A stretch of DNA of 63,766 bases from Pelomyxa schiedti (Eukaryota; Protista; Evosea). This document shows, in pieces, positions 13,896-25,393 of the stretch. Where the stretch lies: the NCBI GenBank assembly GCA_020536535.1, contig JAHLWZ010000875.1:1-63766 (forward strand). The letters are read 5' to 3'. Under the pieces are notes generated by a model. The model was not told the DNA's origin, did not search any database, and saw only the letters and a list, made by a program, of their open reading frames with translations. The translations under genes were made by a program, and so were the position numbers. How positions within the stretch are numbered: position 1 is the first letter of the stretch; each line of letters opens with the position of its first letter.

Positions 13896-14777
13896 CTACC
13901 AGTCAGCAGTCCAATTGCCATCGCGCCTTTCAAAGCTATGTACATCGAACTTGACAGCACGGAAGGCGTCTGTAACTCCGACGTCAAGGATGGACGGCCC
14001 TGGGACCTTCTGCCCAAGACTGCAGTCCAGGAACCTCATCCTCTCGTCCAATATGACATAGGAGTTCTGCATGGTGCCGTTGTCTTCCACAATGGGAGCG
14101 ACGCCCGTCACGGAGCCGTCGTCGCCCGGCCTCGGGCTGTTCCTGGCCACAAAGGCCCTAAATTGGTCGTCGGTGATTGCGACGGCGGCGGCGTTGGAGG
14201 CGCATCTCTCGTTCTCCAGGACCAGGACTTTGAAGACCTTCCATCGGCATGGGTTGATCTGTGCAATCTCGTCGGCCATGTTCTCGTCGTGGTTCAGGCT
14301 GCACACGACGGTGTTGAGCTTGACCTTGATGCCAAGTTCTTTGCATATTTGAGCGGCCGCAATCACGCCCTGGCGGTGGTTCCTGGCCCCAGTTGGTGAG
14401 ATTTCGGCGCGGCCAAGTGCCTGGTTGGTTGGATCTCGGAAGGAGTCGATGGACAGGCCAAGAACGTCGACATAGGGGCCATATCTCGCTAGCCATTCGC
14501 GCGTAATCTTGGACCCGTTGGAGATGATAGAAACGGTCATACCAGGCAGGCCGTGTGCGAACTTACACATCGCCCCCAGCTGGTCGGGTCTGAGGAAGGG
14601 CTCGCCGCCTGCAAAATTTATCTTACGCGTGCCGGCGTCGTAGAGCTTTTGAATGCCGCGTTGACATTGGGTCAAAGACAGGGGGCTGGTTGGTTCTCTT
14701 GTGGCTGTGTGGAAGCAGAATATGCATGCATAATTGCAGGCCCTCAGAAAGTGGAAATTTACAGAGGTTAGTTCCAT
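13896..14777 (-). CDS. RSAD2: Viperin (RSAD2-like radical SAM enzyme), intronless, 293 aa
   Basis: SVNFHFLRACNYACIFCFHT (CxxxCxxC), KINFAGGEPF, SIISNGS, LSIDSF, KLNTVV, RWKVF, SYVILDERMRFLDC, SILDVGV, and a C-terminus ending ADW. Confidence 0.96.
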   Translation of the reverse strand: MELTSVNFHFLRACNYACIFCFHTATREPTSPLSLTQCQRGIQKLYDAGTRKINFAGGEPFLRPDQLGAMCKFAHGLPGMTVSIISNGSKITREWLARYGPYVDVLGLSIDSFRDPTNQALGRAEISPTGARNHRQGVIAAAQICKELGIKVKLNTVVCSLNHDENMADEIAQINPCRWKVFKVLVLENERCASNAAAVAITDDQFRAFVARNSPRPGDDGSVTGVAPIVEDNGTMQNSYVILDERMRFLDCSLGQKVPGPSILDVGVTDAFRAVKFDVHSFERRDGNWTADW

Positions 14778-15191
14778 GTCAACTCGCTTTCTTTTTTGTT
14801 TGTTGTGTGGGTTTTTGTTGAATCGAACGTTTTTTTTTTTTTAAAAAAATGTTAGGTCAGTTTGTGGAAGAAATTAAAGAAGACACACAAAAACTTTGCC
14901 GGGCTCTGGAAAACTTGGGTTCTCGGATTGAGTAGACACTACAGTAGACCCATAACTCCGATGAGATCCGCGTTGCTCTCTGCAGTATTTCCAAAGAGCC
15001 TTGTGGGCACACTGCCTCAGTCCGAGTCTAGAATGTATGCATCCGAGTCTCTCATCATCAGGCAGTTATTCCGGAAAAGAAAAGAACTTCGTCTGTTGTC
15101 TTTTCCAAAACGAAGTAAAAGCCCGGTTGCAGGAACCCCGAAAACAATACCAACAAAACAACACAAATCAAAACAAATACGCTACACTAAC

Positions 15192-16478
15192 ATGTCGTCG
15201 TCTTTCGTAGACGACGGCAGTCCCGCGTCTGAAGGCAACATAGACGTAATCACCGAGGGCATCACTCTGTGTTTGTATTTTTGTGTGGGGCTTTTGTGCC
15301 TATGGCGGTTGTTGGTGCACATCACGGTGTCTAAGAGGTGCACAAGGCTCATACAGTTTCACGCGTTTTTGTTGTCTTTCTTCACATGTAAGCCGCTCTC
15401 GTACTTTTGCTGCTGCCCCGTTCGTTTTTCAGATGCATTTTTGGTTCTGTTGTTGTTTTTTTCTTATTGTTTCTTTTCTAGGTGTGGTTTTACATTCTTC
15501 TGTAACCTTGGTGGTAATTGTGGACGGTGGCAAGTACTCAACAACGTTCTTGGAATCACTGGCATATCTTTTGGGAATTGGCTCGCACTCACTGTTTTTC
15601 ACAGCCTTGCTGCTAATATTGATAAACATGTACACCTTTTAAAAATCGGGGAGATGGACTTCATTTTACCTTAGGTTAGAGATTATGTTTGTATCTGTAC
15701 TTGAAAAACAGTTCTTATTCTCTAAGTTTGCCATCATTACATTCTGGATCGTGATGTTCATACCGTATATGTATGATATAGGCACTGCCATCTATTTTGT
15801 AATAGACCCTTCTGCAGACATTGATGGTACCTCAAGACATTCTCCGCTACTATCCCTGTAGCTAATTACTAAATAACTTCAACAGGTAGTCCTCTGTACG
15901 ATACAGCTGTTCTTACTGTTTGCGCTTACGCACTTCTGTGTGGGATTGCGTACTGTATTGCAACAGGTCTTTTCTTTTATCGGCTTTACTCCTTGGAGAA
16001 AAGGAGTCGGACATTATCTAGTATCTTTCAAATTTAACAAACGAAGTCGTATAACAATCCCTTAGTACAAAGCAAGCCATTTTACATTTTGGTGTGTAGG
16101 ATGCTTCAATTTTCTTCCTTATTTTTTCAAAAAGATTGCTGTCATGTGTATATGCTTCACATCCTTCTTTTTGCAGGTTTGTTTGCTCTATTCGTTGTAA
16201 ATAACTTACGCAATTCCAGTTTGCCATGTTTTTATACAGACCGGTTACCGGGAAGTATATGAACGTCTGGGTATTCCAAATCTTCGCCTACTGGGTTCCA
16301 GAGGTATTTTTCCTTTGTTTACACTACTGTGCAGTGTAGTGTGCTTAACGCGTTGTAGATCGGCAGTTCACTGCCACTCCTTGTTGTTGCCCGAATACCA
16401 GACCCTCCACCAAGGCACCCATACACTCCAGTAAATGCCACCATGACTGTACCCTCACAAAGTGAAGGAGACATATGA
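15192..16478 (+). CDS. Multi-pass membrane protein (about 7 TM; THH1/TOM1- or GPCR-like)
   Basis: Successive hydrophobic exons (ITLCLYFCVGLLCLWRLL; FAIITFWIVMF; LTVCAYALLCGIAY; IAVMCICFTSFF; VFQIFAYWVPE) joined by GT-AG introns. Confidence 0.55.
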
Positions 16479-16606
16479 TACATCCATTATCACCATTTTG
16501 TGTACAAGTTTAAAAAAAAAACTCAACTAGAAGAAGCACGGACCAAGCAAAAGTTTTATTTTATACCAAACTCATGTTGGAGCATGGAAAAGAATGAATG
16601 TATAGT

Positions 16607-17028
16607 TTACTTGGACTGGCAGTTAGGTCCCTTCTTTGGGCCACCCTCCACGACTTGAATGAAGCGTCTAGTAGAAAATCATAAGAGCGAGACCATTGAA
16701 AATCAAAAAAAAAAGTGGCGAGTACCTGTTGTAGAGAATGCGCTTGTAGGCGCGTCCCCTTGGCTTCTTGTGCTTCTGGGTCTTGTCGACCTTGGGTGTC
16801 TGTGCCTTGACTTTGCCTGCACGTGCCAAACCACCGTGTACCTTGCCTATTGACACCGAATAAGCGTTTGGACACACGACGCAAAATATTGGGGATTTTT
16901 TTTTATTGGGGTGGGGGTGGACGGAGAGCGGGTGGCAAGTACGTCGTCTCGACGTCTCCTTCCCACTACCGCGGGGAAAAAAACGAATAATATAATGGGG
17001 GCGACAACACAAAACAGAACAAACCCAT
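16607..17028 (-). CDS. RPS30: 40S ribosomal protein S30 (eS30), no ubiquitin-like fusion
   Basis: ATG G|intron|[35 protein letters not shown]|[19 protein letters not shown]. Confidence 0.96.
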
Positions 17029-17348
17029 TGTTGAGAAACGAACGACGAAGAAGAGGCGGTCGGCGACCGACGGCTTGATGTTGAGCTTGGTTTCTTTTTT
17101 TTTGTTTTTTGTTTGTTGTTCCTGCGAAGGAGAGCGACAATAATGAAGTCAATTCTCAATTACGATTTCAGTTGCAGTATCTATTATTCGAATCACTCCC
17201 GACCTGCACTCTGGGAGTTGCTGAAGGATGGAGGCGTTCTCCCCATGTGGGTACTCGTATGCAATTCTGGATAAGAGACGGCTCTTAGGATCCGCAACAC
17301 AAGTTGATGGTTCCTCATTTTCCTGTTCAACTGAAAGAAAACCGTTTC

Positions 17349-17786
17349 ATGGGCAACGAACAGTCAGGGAAAGCGACAGTTACCAACCTTAACAGCGCCG
17401 ACATCTGGCGAATCATCAACGAACTACCGCCGATAAGCACGCCCATCATTCTCACTGTGTGCATAACGTGGCACCAGACGGGCGACAACGCCAACTACCT
17501 GTGGGACAAAACGTCGTCCATCGAGCCCTCCATCTACAGCCTTCTCGCCGACGATACCACCGGAAAACTCAAAGTCGGCCGTTACACCGCCGTCACAATC
17601 CTGGGGATGCGCGGATGGAAAGTAGTCGGCGCCACAGAGGCGAGGTCCGAGGACAAAGTCAGCATCACCCAGACGGGGTTCATCATACTGCAGAAAGAGA
17701 GCACCACTCTGCCGGGACCTGTTTGCCGCCCTGGCCCCGACGCTCCTCCCCCTTACTGCCCTACCCCCGGCGGTTCCGCGTCTTAA
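17349..17786 (+). CDS. Intronless 145-aa hypothetical protein with an N-myristoylation motif (MGNEQS)
   Basis: Open, GC-rich frame starting MGxxxS and ending in a Pro-rich tail with PPPY. Confidence 0.6.
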   Translation: MGNEQSGKATVTNLNSADIWRIINELPPISTPIILTVCITWHQTGDNANYLWDKTSSIEPSIYSLLADDTTGKLKVGRYTAVTILGMRGWKVVGATEARSEDKVSITQTGFIILQKESTTLPGPVCRPGPDAPPPYCPTPGGSAS

Positions 17787-17917
17787 TAAATCACTGCACA
17801 CACAGTCCCACAAGCAACTCGTTCCCAAGGTTTTGTACTTCTAAGGGTCAACAACAAGCTCGGATAAAACAAATTTTATTTGGCATTGTGTAGCCGTTGG
17901 TTGGTTGGTTGTCTTGG

Positions 17918-20193
17918 ATGGCGTCGACGGCTGATGGTGAGGGTTATTTGAAGATTGGGTGGACGAGGGGACACTGCCACGGAGGCACTTCAGCGACTGA
18001 GTTGTCACCTTCACCTGCTTCTGCTTCTGTTCCTCCTTCTGCTTCCACAGAACAATATTCACGTTCATTTCACGGGGATTCGCGGTCCTCGTCTGGTAAC
18101 AATAATATTCCGGCACCAAGGCGGTCTCATTCTGCTGTTTTATGGTATTCCTCTTATTACTTTTTTTTATTTTGTAAAATGACTCTTTGGCGAAGGAGAC
18201 AAAACAAGATGGTACTCTTTGGCGGTTACAGCTTTTGTGGTGAGAACTTTAATGACACATATATTCTGGATTGTTCTACAGGTATAAACTTCCGTGATGC
18301 AGCAAACAATCTTACTCACCACTATACCAAGGTGAGTGGCAACAGATGCAATGCTGGGGCACCATACCACCTGGGATGTGTGACCACTCTGCAGTAATTG
18401 TTGAAGATGAGATGATAGTTTACGGGGGCTTCACGGCTAGGGGCAAATCCAAAAATACTTACGTACTTGACTTGCATATCCACAAGTGGAGGCTAGTCAG
18501 TCCAGTTACAACAACTGAGGGTGAGTGTCCTGAGGAAATTGATGGACATGTGTGCGTTGTACTGACCAAAGAGGTCTTTGGGCAGCCAACACGGATACTG
18601 ATATTTGGAGGAAGAAATAACAGCTGGCTAAGTAACAATACAGTTTGGATCCTCCATCTTGGTTTCGAGACCTATTTTTGTGGTTTCTAAACAAATTTCA
18701 GATTCACTGAGATGGGAAAGGGTCAATACTGGTTCACCGGCTCCCTGTAAGAGAGTTGGCCACTGTGGTGACATCTGGCTCCACGATGGGGTACCAGACC
18801 ACGTTATCGATTTAATTCATTAACCAACTAGAACCGAGACTTGGTTATGTTTGCAGGCTACGATGATGGAGGACAGTTCATAGGAAGGTTAAACGACACT
18901 TGGGCACTAAACTTGGGTAATTTAGTTATTTAGTCATAGTCTATCTGTTGACACTTTCCCAGACACATTCAAATGGCGACAACTTTCTTGTACTGGAAAT
19001 ATACCCGATCCTGTGAGCAATCATAAAGGCATAGTCCTTCCTGACTTATTTTCTAAAGTAACAGGTAGCCCACAAGTTTTTTTTATAACTGGAAATCACA
19101 GGGTGGACTGGTCACTTTTGGAGGATGGGGGCACGATAAGGTAGAGGTAAATACCTTCAGTATCCTTGATCTAGAAAAATGCATCTGGCACAGAGGGTTA
19201 TTCACGACTGAACCCCCACTTCCAAGAAGAAATTACTCTCTGGTAGTCCCATTTTGAATGACCTACAACGAATTTCACTCTTGATTCATCAAGGTGCCCT
19301 ACGGTCAGTCTCTACTCCTGTATGGAGGTTACCGCAGTGCCTATACCTTTGATGAACTACTTTCTTTCCAGATCTTTAGTGGTAATACACTGTTCCTCAA
19401 AGAAGTTTTTTTTTATGTGAGTAAGCTGGAGGACACAACATTGAGGTTCCACCGGTATACCAAGAGGTCAGTGAATTCCCTTTAGACTCTCTCCCGGATA
19501 GGTAGTGACTTAGTGTTATTCTCATTGAATTTATGCAAAAAGAGATCTGGTGAACGTGTTTACATATGGCACTGGTGCTGACTATTTAAATTGGACTCTT
19601 GTCTCAAGGAAGTGGAGAACACTTTTGTCATCAGCTAGTGATGCATCGTTAAATGAAACTTCTACTCATGCAATTAGAGTTGTGGAGACTTGCTGCCAGC
19701 AGCTTGTGGATTGCTAGGACTACCAAAACAAAGAGTGATCCCGTACTTGCAAGTTACCTATCGAAAATCACTAACAAGGCCCTCATTGACTTCTTTCAAA
19801 TGTATACCAAAAATGTATTACAAATAGGAACAGAAAAAGGAAATTTCCTCACCTCAAACAGGCCACCTATAAATTTTGGAAACTGAATTTCCAGATTATA
19901 CAAGAATGTATCAGGTTTTCTTTTTGATTTTTTCGCTTGTAACATGGACCATAGAGCCACTGATATGTCAAATGAGAGAGGACTACAGTGCCGTGAATTC
20001 CGTTTTTCTGGCTGCTACGATTTGTTCTGTCCATCTGATGAGAAACTTTGGGGCCGCCTTGTGCACTTTTTCCCTCAGTATAGATTCCTGGTTGCTGTTT
20101 TCATGTATCCTAACTATTCTTATTCATCTAGAAAAGCTTCCTGAATTAATTAACCCTGAGAACTTTCTCCCACCATCCAATACAGCACATTGA
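17918..20193 (+). CDS. Kelch-repeat protein, possibly with a C-terminal F-box-like segment; end approximate
   Basis: Kelch repeats PRRSHSAV, VLFGGYSF, CDHSAV..IVYGGF, ILIFGG, LVMFAGYD, LLLYGGY. Later SLDSLPD and LVSRKWRTLL. Confidence 0.75.
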
Positions 20194-20830
20194 ATTCTGA
20201 ATACCCACTGATCAAGGGTATTATCATACATGACTCTGGTTCGTGTTGTACACAGCCTCCCCTTCGGCTGCCACCCTGTGCCATCTTGCCACTTCTTATT
20301 GTAGCCCCTAGTAGCGTCACTTTTTCTCGATTCATTGGGACTAGGTGCTTTCTCTCTGAGGTTCGTTCCTTTGCCTCCTGTTCCTTTTTCTCACTGGACA
20401 ACAACAAGATAACTCAATGTTCCCGGACCATAGCTGAGCTCTTGTGCTTAATCTCAGAACAATGTTCTATCAGTACCACGAAGCCACAAGGATCCCAAAC
20501 AGAAAACAGTATCCTCCACATCAACCTTTATTATGGCACTAAGTCAACCTCCCAGGCACTGATGGCACTGTCTCCTTCGCAATTGCAATTGAACAAATGC
20601 AGAGAGAAATTCTATATATGGACTTTTTCTGGACGACAACAGCGTCCCACTGTGCTACGGACCTTTCCATCCTTCTGCGCATTGAATGTGTAGATTGAGC
20701 TTCGTCGAAACTACAATTTTTTCCATCACAGATCTGAATACGGTGTTGTTGCACAATCCTCTTATACTTTTCATACCCCCGGTTGGTAGATGAACGAGGA
20801 AAACTTACGGTACCTCAGAGCAGCTCCCAT
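20150..20830 (-). CDS. Possible small multi-exon gene of unknown function
   Basis: ATGGGAGCTGCTCTGAG|GT followed by several GT-AG-bounded segments. I could not assemble a fully consistent frame. Confidence 0.25.
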
Positions 20831-20978
20831 CCCCTACGTGATAGCAGTAATCAAGATCTTTTTGGTTTTTGCAGAAAGGGAACGAACCCAAGCCAAAAAA
20901 CCACGACGAGCACCAAGAAAAACCAACAATAAACAAAACAAGGGAAAACAAACAAAGCACCCAGAGAAGGAAGGGGAA

Positions 20979-22746
20979 ATGTCATATGGGTCGGTACACG
21001 AGTGGCTGGTGTCGCTGGGCTGCGGGCAGTACAGCGGCACGTTCGCAGACGAGGCCGTCGAGGACATGGACACGGTGCTGCACCTCCGCGAGTCCGACCT
21101 CGAGGCCCTCAGGGTCAAGCGGGGCCACATCGTCAAGATGAGGTCGTCCATCGAGTCCATGCTCCTGGCCCGGCCCCAGTCCTCGTCCTCGTCCTCCTCA
21201 GCCTCGTCCTCTCCCTCCTCCTCCACGTCGTCCTCCTCTTCCTCGTCGTCTTCGTCCTCGGCCTCGCCTCCTCCACCTTCTTCGTCCTTGGCGTCGGTGT
21301 CCGCGGCCGCCTCGTCCTCGGCGTCGATGGCGTTTGGGGCGCCGTTGATGCCCACGGTGGGGCACCACCCACAGCACAAGCCGCCTAATTTGATGGCGGC
21401 AGCCCCGGCGCCGCCGATTATGGGCGCCACACACGCACATTCACAAATGGACGGCGGGGGCAGAGACACTTCGGCTGGCCCGGCTTCCACTAACACTAAT
21501 TCTAGTAATAATAACACCCCAACAACCCCTGTTCAAACAACTACAACCACCACAACACTTACTACTACTGCATCCACTGTAACAACTGTTATGCCAGTAC
21601 TGGGAAGAAGCAGGTCTTCTTCACCTCAGCGGTACCACCTCAGCAGCATCCCATCGGCCAGCCAACAGGCTCCACCGATGCCACTTTCTGCACGACCCCT
21701 GAAACCCCCACTGTTGCTCAATGCTGTTTCAAATTTAACTGGAGGTACAAAGGCATTTCCACTTTTGCTTGTATATTAAATGCCTCATCAGCAGAGCCAT
21801 TGAGTGCGAAGCCTGTGAGTGGAAGGACTAGAGATGACCTTTTTCAATTTTATTTGGAGGCTTCTGCAGGCAATCAAGAATTGGCGTTACGCTTATTCAA
21901 TGAGGACCCTCGAAGTGGATCAGCTTTGAGAAGACCTGAAGGAGATAGAGAAAATCAAAGGTGGCAACAAGAACCCCAGCCCCTTCCTTCCAATATGGGG
22001 GTGAGTCTCATTCATTCCAACATTAATGATTCTGATTTGGTAATTCTAATGTAAATTTCACACTCCTAGGATCTGATTGAGCACCGGCCACACTTACTCA
22101 AAAATCATGTAAAGTGTGTGGTAGTTGGAGATAATAATGTAGGGAAAACAGCCCTTCTCATAACCTACACAACGGATGTGTTTCCAATGGAATACACACC
22201 ATCTGTATGCTCCACCAAATTGCTCATTCACTCTAAGGTGTTTGTAGATATTTACTAACTGGGCGGATACCAAAGTTGTAGATGGAAAAACTGTAATATT
22301 TACCCTATATGACACCTCCGGTCAGGACGATTATGACCGACTGGTATTTCAACAAATTCTGCCCATACCTTTTATTTTCATTCTTATGTGCCATTTAGCG
22401 CCCATGTAGTTATTTCGCCACCGATGTATTCCTTATTCTATTCAGTGTAACAAGTATGCGATCACTCGAGGCCATAACCCGGAAATGGTACCCCGAACTA
22501 GCACACCACTGCCCCTACACACCGTGCATAATTGTGGGAGCCAAAGCAGACCTGCGGGACACAGCCAAGCCAAGCACGCTGGTGCCCCCTGAGGATGCAG
22601 CCTCATGTGCGAGAGCACTGGGTATGAAGTACATGGAATGCAGTGCAATGACTGGCAAGGGACTGCAGGAGGTTTTTGATGAGGCACTCAGGGTTGGGGT
22701 CGAAATACCCCCAATGAGGAAAAAGACCATGTGCAGACTGCAGTAA
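20979..22746 (+). CDS. SAM domain + low-complexity linker + UBA-like domain + atypical Rac/Rho GTPase with CAAX
   Basis: SAM: [28 protein letters not shown]-like ([11 protein letters not shown]). UBA-like: [21 protein letters not shown]. Rac: [19 protein letters not shown]|[16 protein letters not shown]|[15 protein letters not shown], ending CRLQ*. All four introns keep phase. Confidence 0.85.
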
Positions 22747-22964
22747 GATACAAAAGGCCCACCCAACCTTTCAAATTGTGCACAGTAGAAGTAAATAAAA
22801 TAAAAATAAACCAAGGCCGGAGTTCTGCCAAAAAATCAACGCAAGCACCTTCGACCTTTTTTCAACTATGTTGATCTTACCTGCACAAATATAGACGGGC
22901 AGTTGCCGAACACTGAAAGAAAAAAAAAAAAAAAAGCAGCACGGCTGTTTCCTTCATTGAACCC

Positions 22965-25184
22965 ATGCGTAGCGCAGCTCTTCTTGTTGTGGGCGTTGTG
23001 CTTGTGGTCACACATGTGCTTGCGCTGGGTCCAGTGTCATGGCCTGATGCCTACACGTTGGATTTGACAGTAAGGTGCAGTAAGGGATTCTCTGTAAAAC
23101 TTGCAAACTGTGCTAAAACGTACGCCCTCTCACCCTTCTTTTAGGAGTTGGAAAATTCATCCGGATTATGATGAACCTGTGAGGGTGTACTCAAACGTGG
23201 ATATTCCAGCACAGCGGAGCAATGTAGGCCTTTATTTACATTTAAAACAAGTTCTAATTTTTTTGTTCTTAGTACACTCTTCGCAGAGTGGACAACCTTA
23301 TCCAAGTTGATCAGGTATTCTTGAAGGGTATCTGCTTGGCCTAATTTGCAAAAGCAACAAATTCAGACCCTTATGAGATACGACGGAGGAGAGGTGTGCT
23401 ATTCCTGGGGTGTGGCTGTTGACCCTGCAACTGTTACTGATTTTGGTTTCATGGTTTTCTCTGGAGCCTGTTTGTCTTCTGCAAACCCGTTTTCTTTTAC
23501 TTCCCCAATCTAGATGAAATATCTTGGAATACTCTCACTGACTATGCAACTGTAAACGGTAGACTGGCCAGTTCAAATTTAGTCCTATTTATACTTTATA
23601 GGACACCCATGTGTTGTATACACAGGACATGGTCTTAGTGGACCAAGCTTGGTGTATCCCACTGTAACAATAAGTGTGCCATACACTTTATCTTTCATTG
23701 GAGTTGATTTCTTTAGAATACTCTGTCTTAGCCTCAGATATTAGAGTTCCTGTGCAGTGGAATTGGACAATAGATGACGCTGCTGGTACCAATAAAAAAA
23801 AAAGAAAGATGAATAACAAAAAAAAACCCTAGATTACCCTTATGCAGAATACATCAACTACGAAATGACAGTGGGAACCCCTAACTCATACCTACTTGAT
23901 GGATTTGATAACTGCCATTTCTATGGTCCGAGTTTTTCTGCCACGATGTTGTCCCTTTGTACTTGACACATAATTTTAATTCAATTCAGGGACAAGAACG
24001 TACTCGATCTTCCCGTGATCAACCAGCAGATAGTTGATGAAATTAATGGGAACCCTTCTTCAAGTTGGAAGGCTAAGCTTTACCCAAGGTCAGTCTTGGT
24101 ACTGGAAAAAGGATATTTTAATTTAAGCTCTCGAGATTCTCCTCTATGACCCTGCGGGAGGCAATGGCACTCCACAAGCAATTCGGAAGCTCTCTTGGAT
24201 TACGGAGCAAGAGAGTACAAGTTCGTGATGACCTGCCCTCTGCCTACGACCACACAGAGGCATACCCTGACTGCCCACATATGATACGAAATCAAGGGGC
24301 CTGTGGCTCTTGCTTCATGCATGGTAACAATAAACACCTACAAGATCTTCCTTAGACTGAGCAGGTGTTACGGAAGCACTGGAAGATAGACTCTGTCAGG
24401 CTTCAAACCAAATATGGACAGGAAAAATGTCAATCCAGTACTCACTTGGCTGTGACTACCTTGATTGGGGCTGCAGTGGTGGCAGCGTTTCCACACCTTG
24501 GGAAGCCATTTCCAGCAATGGAGCTGTGCAGTATGATTGTATAGAATACACGTGTGCTACACTTCCCTTTTTGAGACTGTGCTAGAGTTGAACAAAGGAT
24601 CTGATACATTTTTCCAGGTCTGATAACGGAGTATCACCCACATCATGTCCAACAGAGTGTGATGATGGATCAGACCTAAAGTTCGTTGACTTTAGTCTTG
24701 GAGACATAGTTCATCCTGAAACAGAGGGAGAAATTATGGTCAGTCGTAAAACTCCTTCCATTAGTCCCACCTGTTCTCAGACAGAGATATATGAAAATGG
24801 GCCTGTCTCTGCAATGTACGTGGTAATGCAAGACTTTATGACCTATTCTTCTGGAATATACACATACTCAACTGGGAATCTAACAGGCTCACACATTGTA
24901 AAAATTGTAGGATGGGGGGAGGAGGGTGGTGTACTATACTGGAGAGTTGCTAACAGCTGGGGTATTCCCCATTCTTCCTACTTTTATTATGACTGACAAC
25001 ACTATTATTCCAGGGGATAATTGGGGGGAAGACGGGTGTGCAATCCCTTAACTCTATGATTAAAAACTAAGTATTGTATTAAAACAGCTACTTCCGAATA
25101 AGGCGCGGTACCAATGAAGTAGATATTGAAAATTCCGTCTTCGCCGCTGAAGTACTCACTTGGCCAAGCGGTTCATCGATGTAA
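22965..25184 (+). CDS. Secreted cathepsin B-like cysteine protease (C1A) with a long N-terminal extension
   Basis: Signal peptide, propeptide VDEINGNPSSSWKA, RNQGACGSCF (catalytic Cys), GSHIVKIVGWG (His), ANSWG (Asn) and YFRIRRGTNE. Confidence 0.9.
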
Positions 25185-25393
25185 CAAGACTTTCATTTTT
25201 TCTAAATCTCACAAGTTCCACAGGACACAATTGTCTCTTCTGGGTCTTGTTGCCTCCCTGATTCTTCTCTTCCTGTGAAAAAAAAAAAAGCAAACCAAAG
25301 AAAATTTTTCTCTTGATTTCGTTCGTTGGCCTTATGTACAAACAAAATGGCAGAATGTTGTGAGCCAAGGGCGCAAACGCTATTGTTTTTTTT

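Noticed and set aside
13896-14777. Elevated GC in viperin as evidence of horizontal transfer
   Set aside because: 5' exons of clearly native genes in this window are equally GC-rich, so composition alone is uninformative.
16607-17028. RPS30 lacking the FUBI ubiquitin-like fusion
   Set aside because: The unfused form is normal outside animals.
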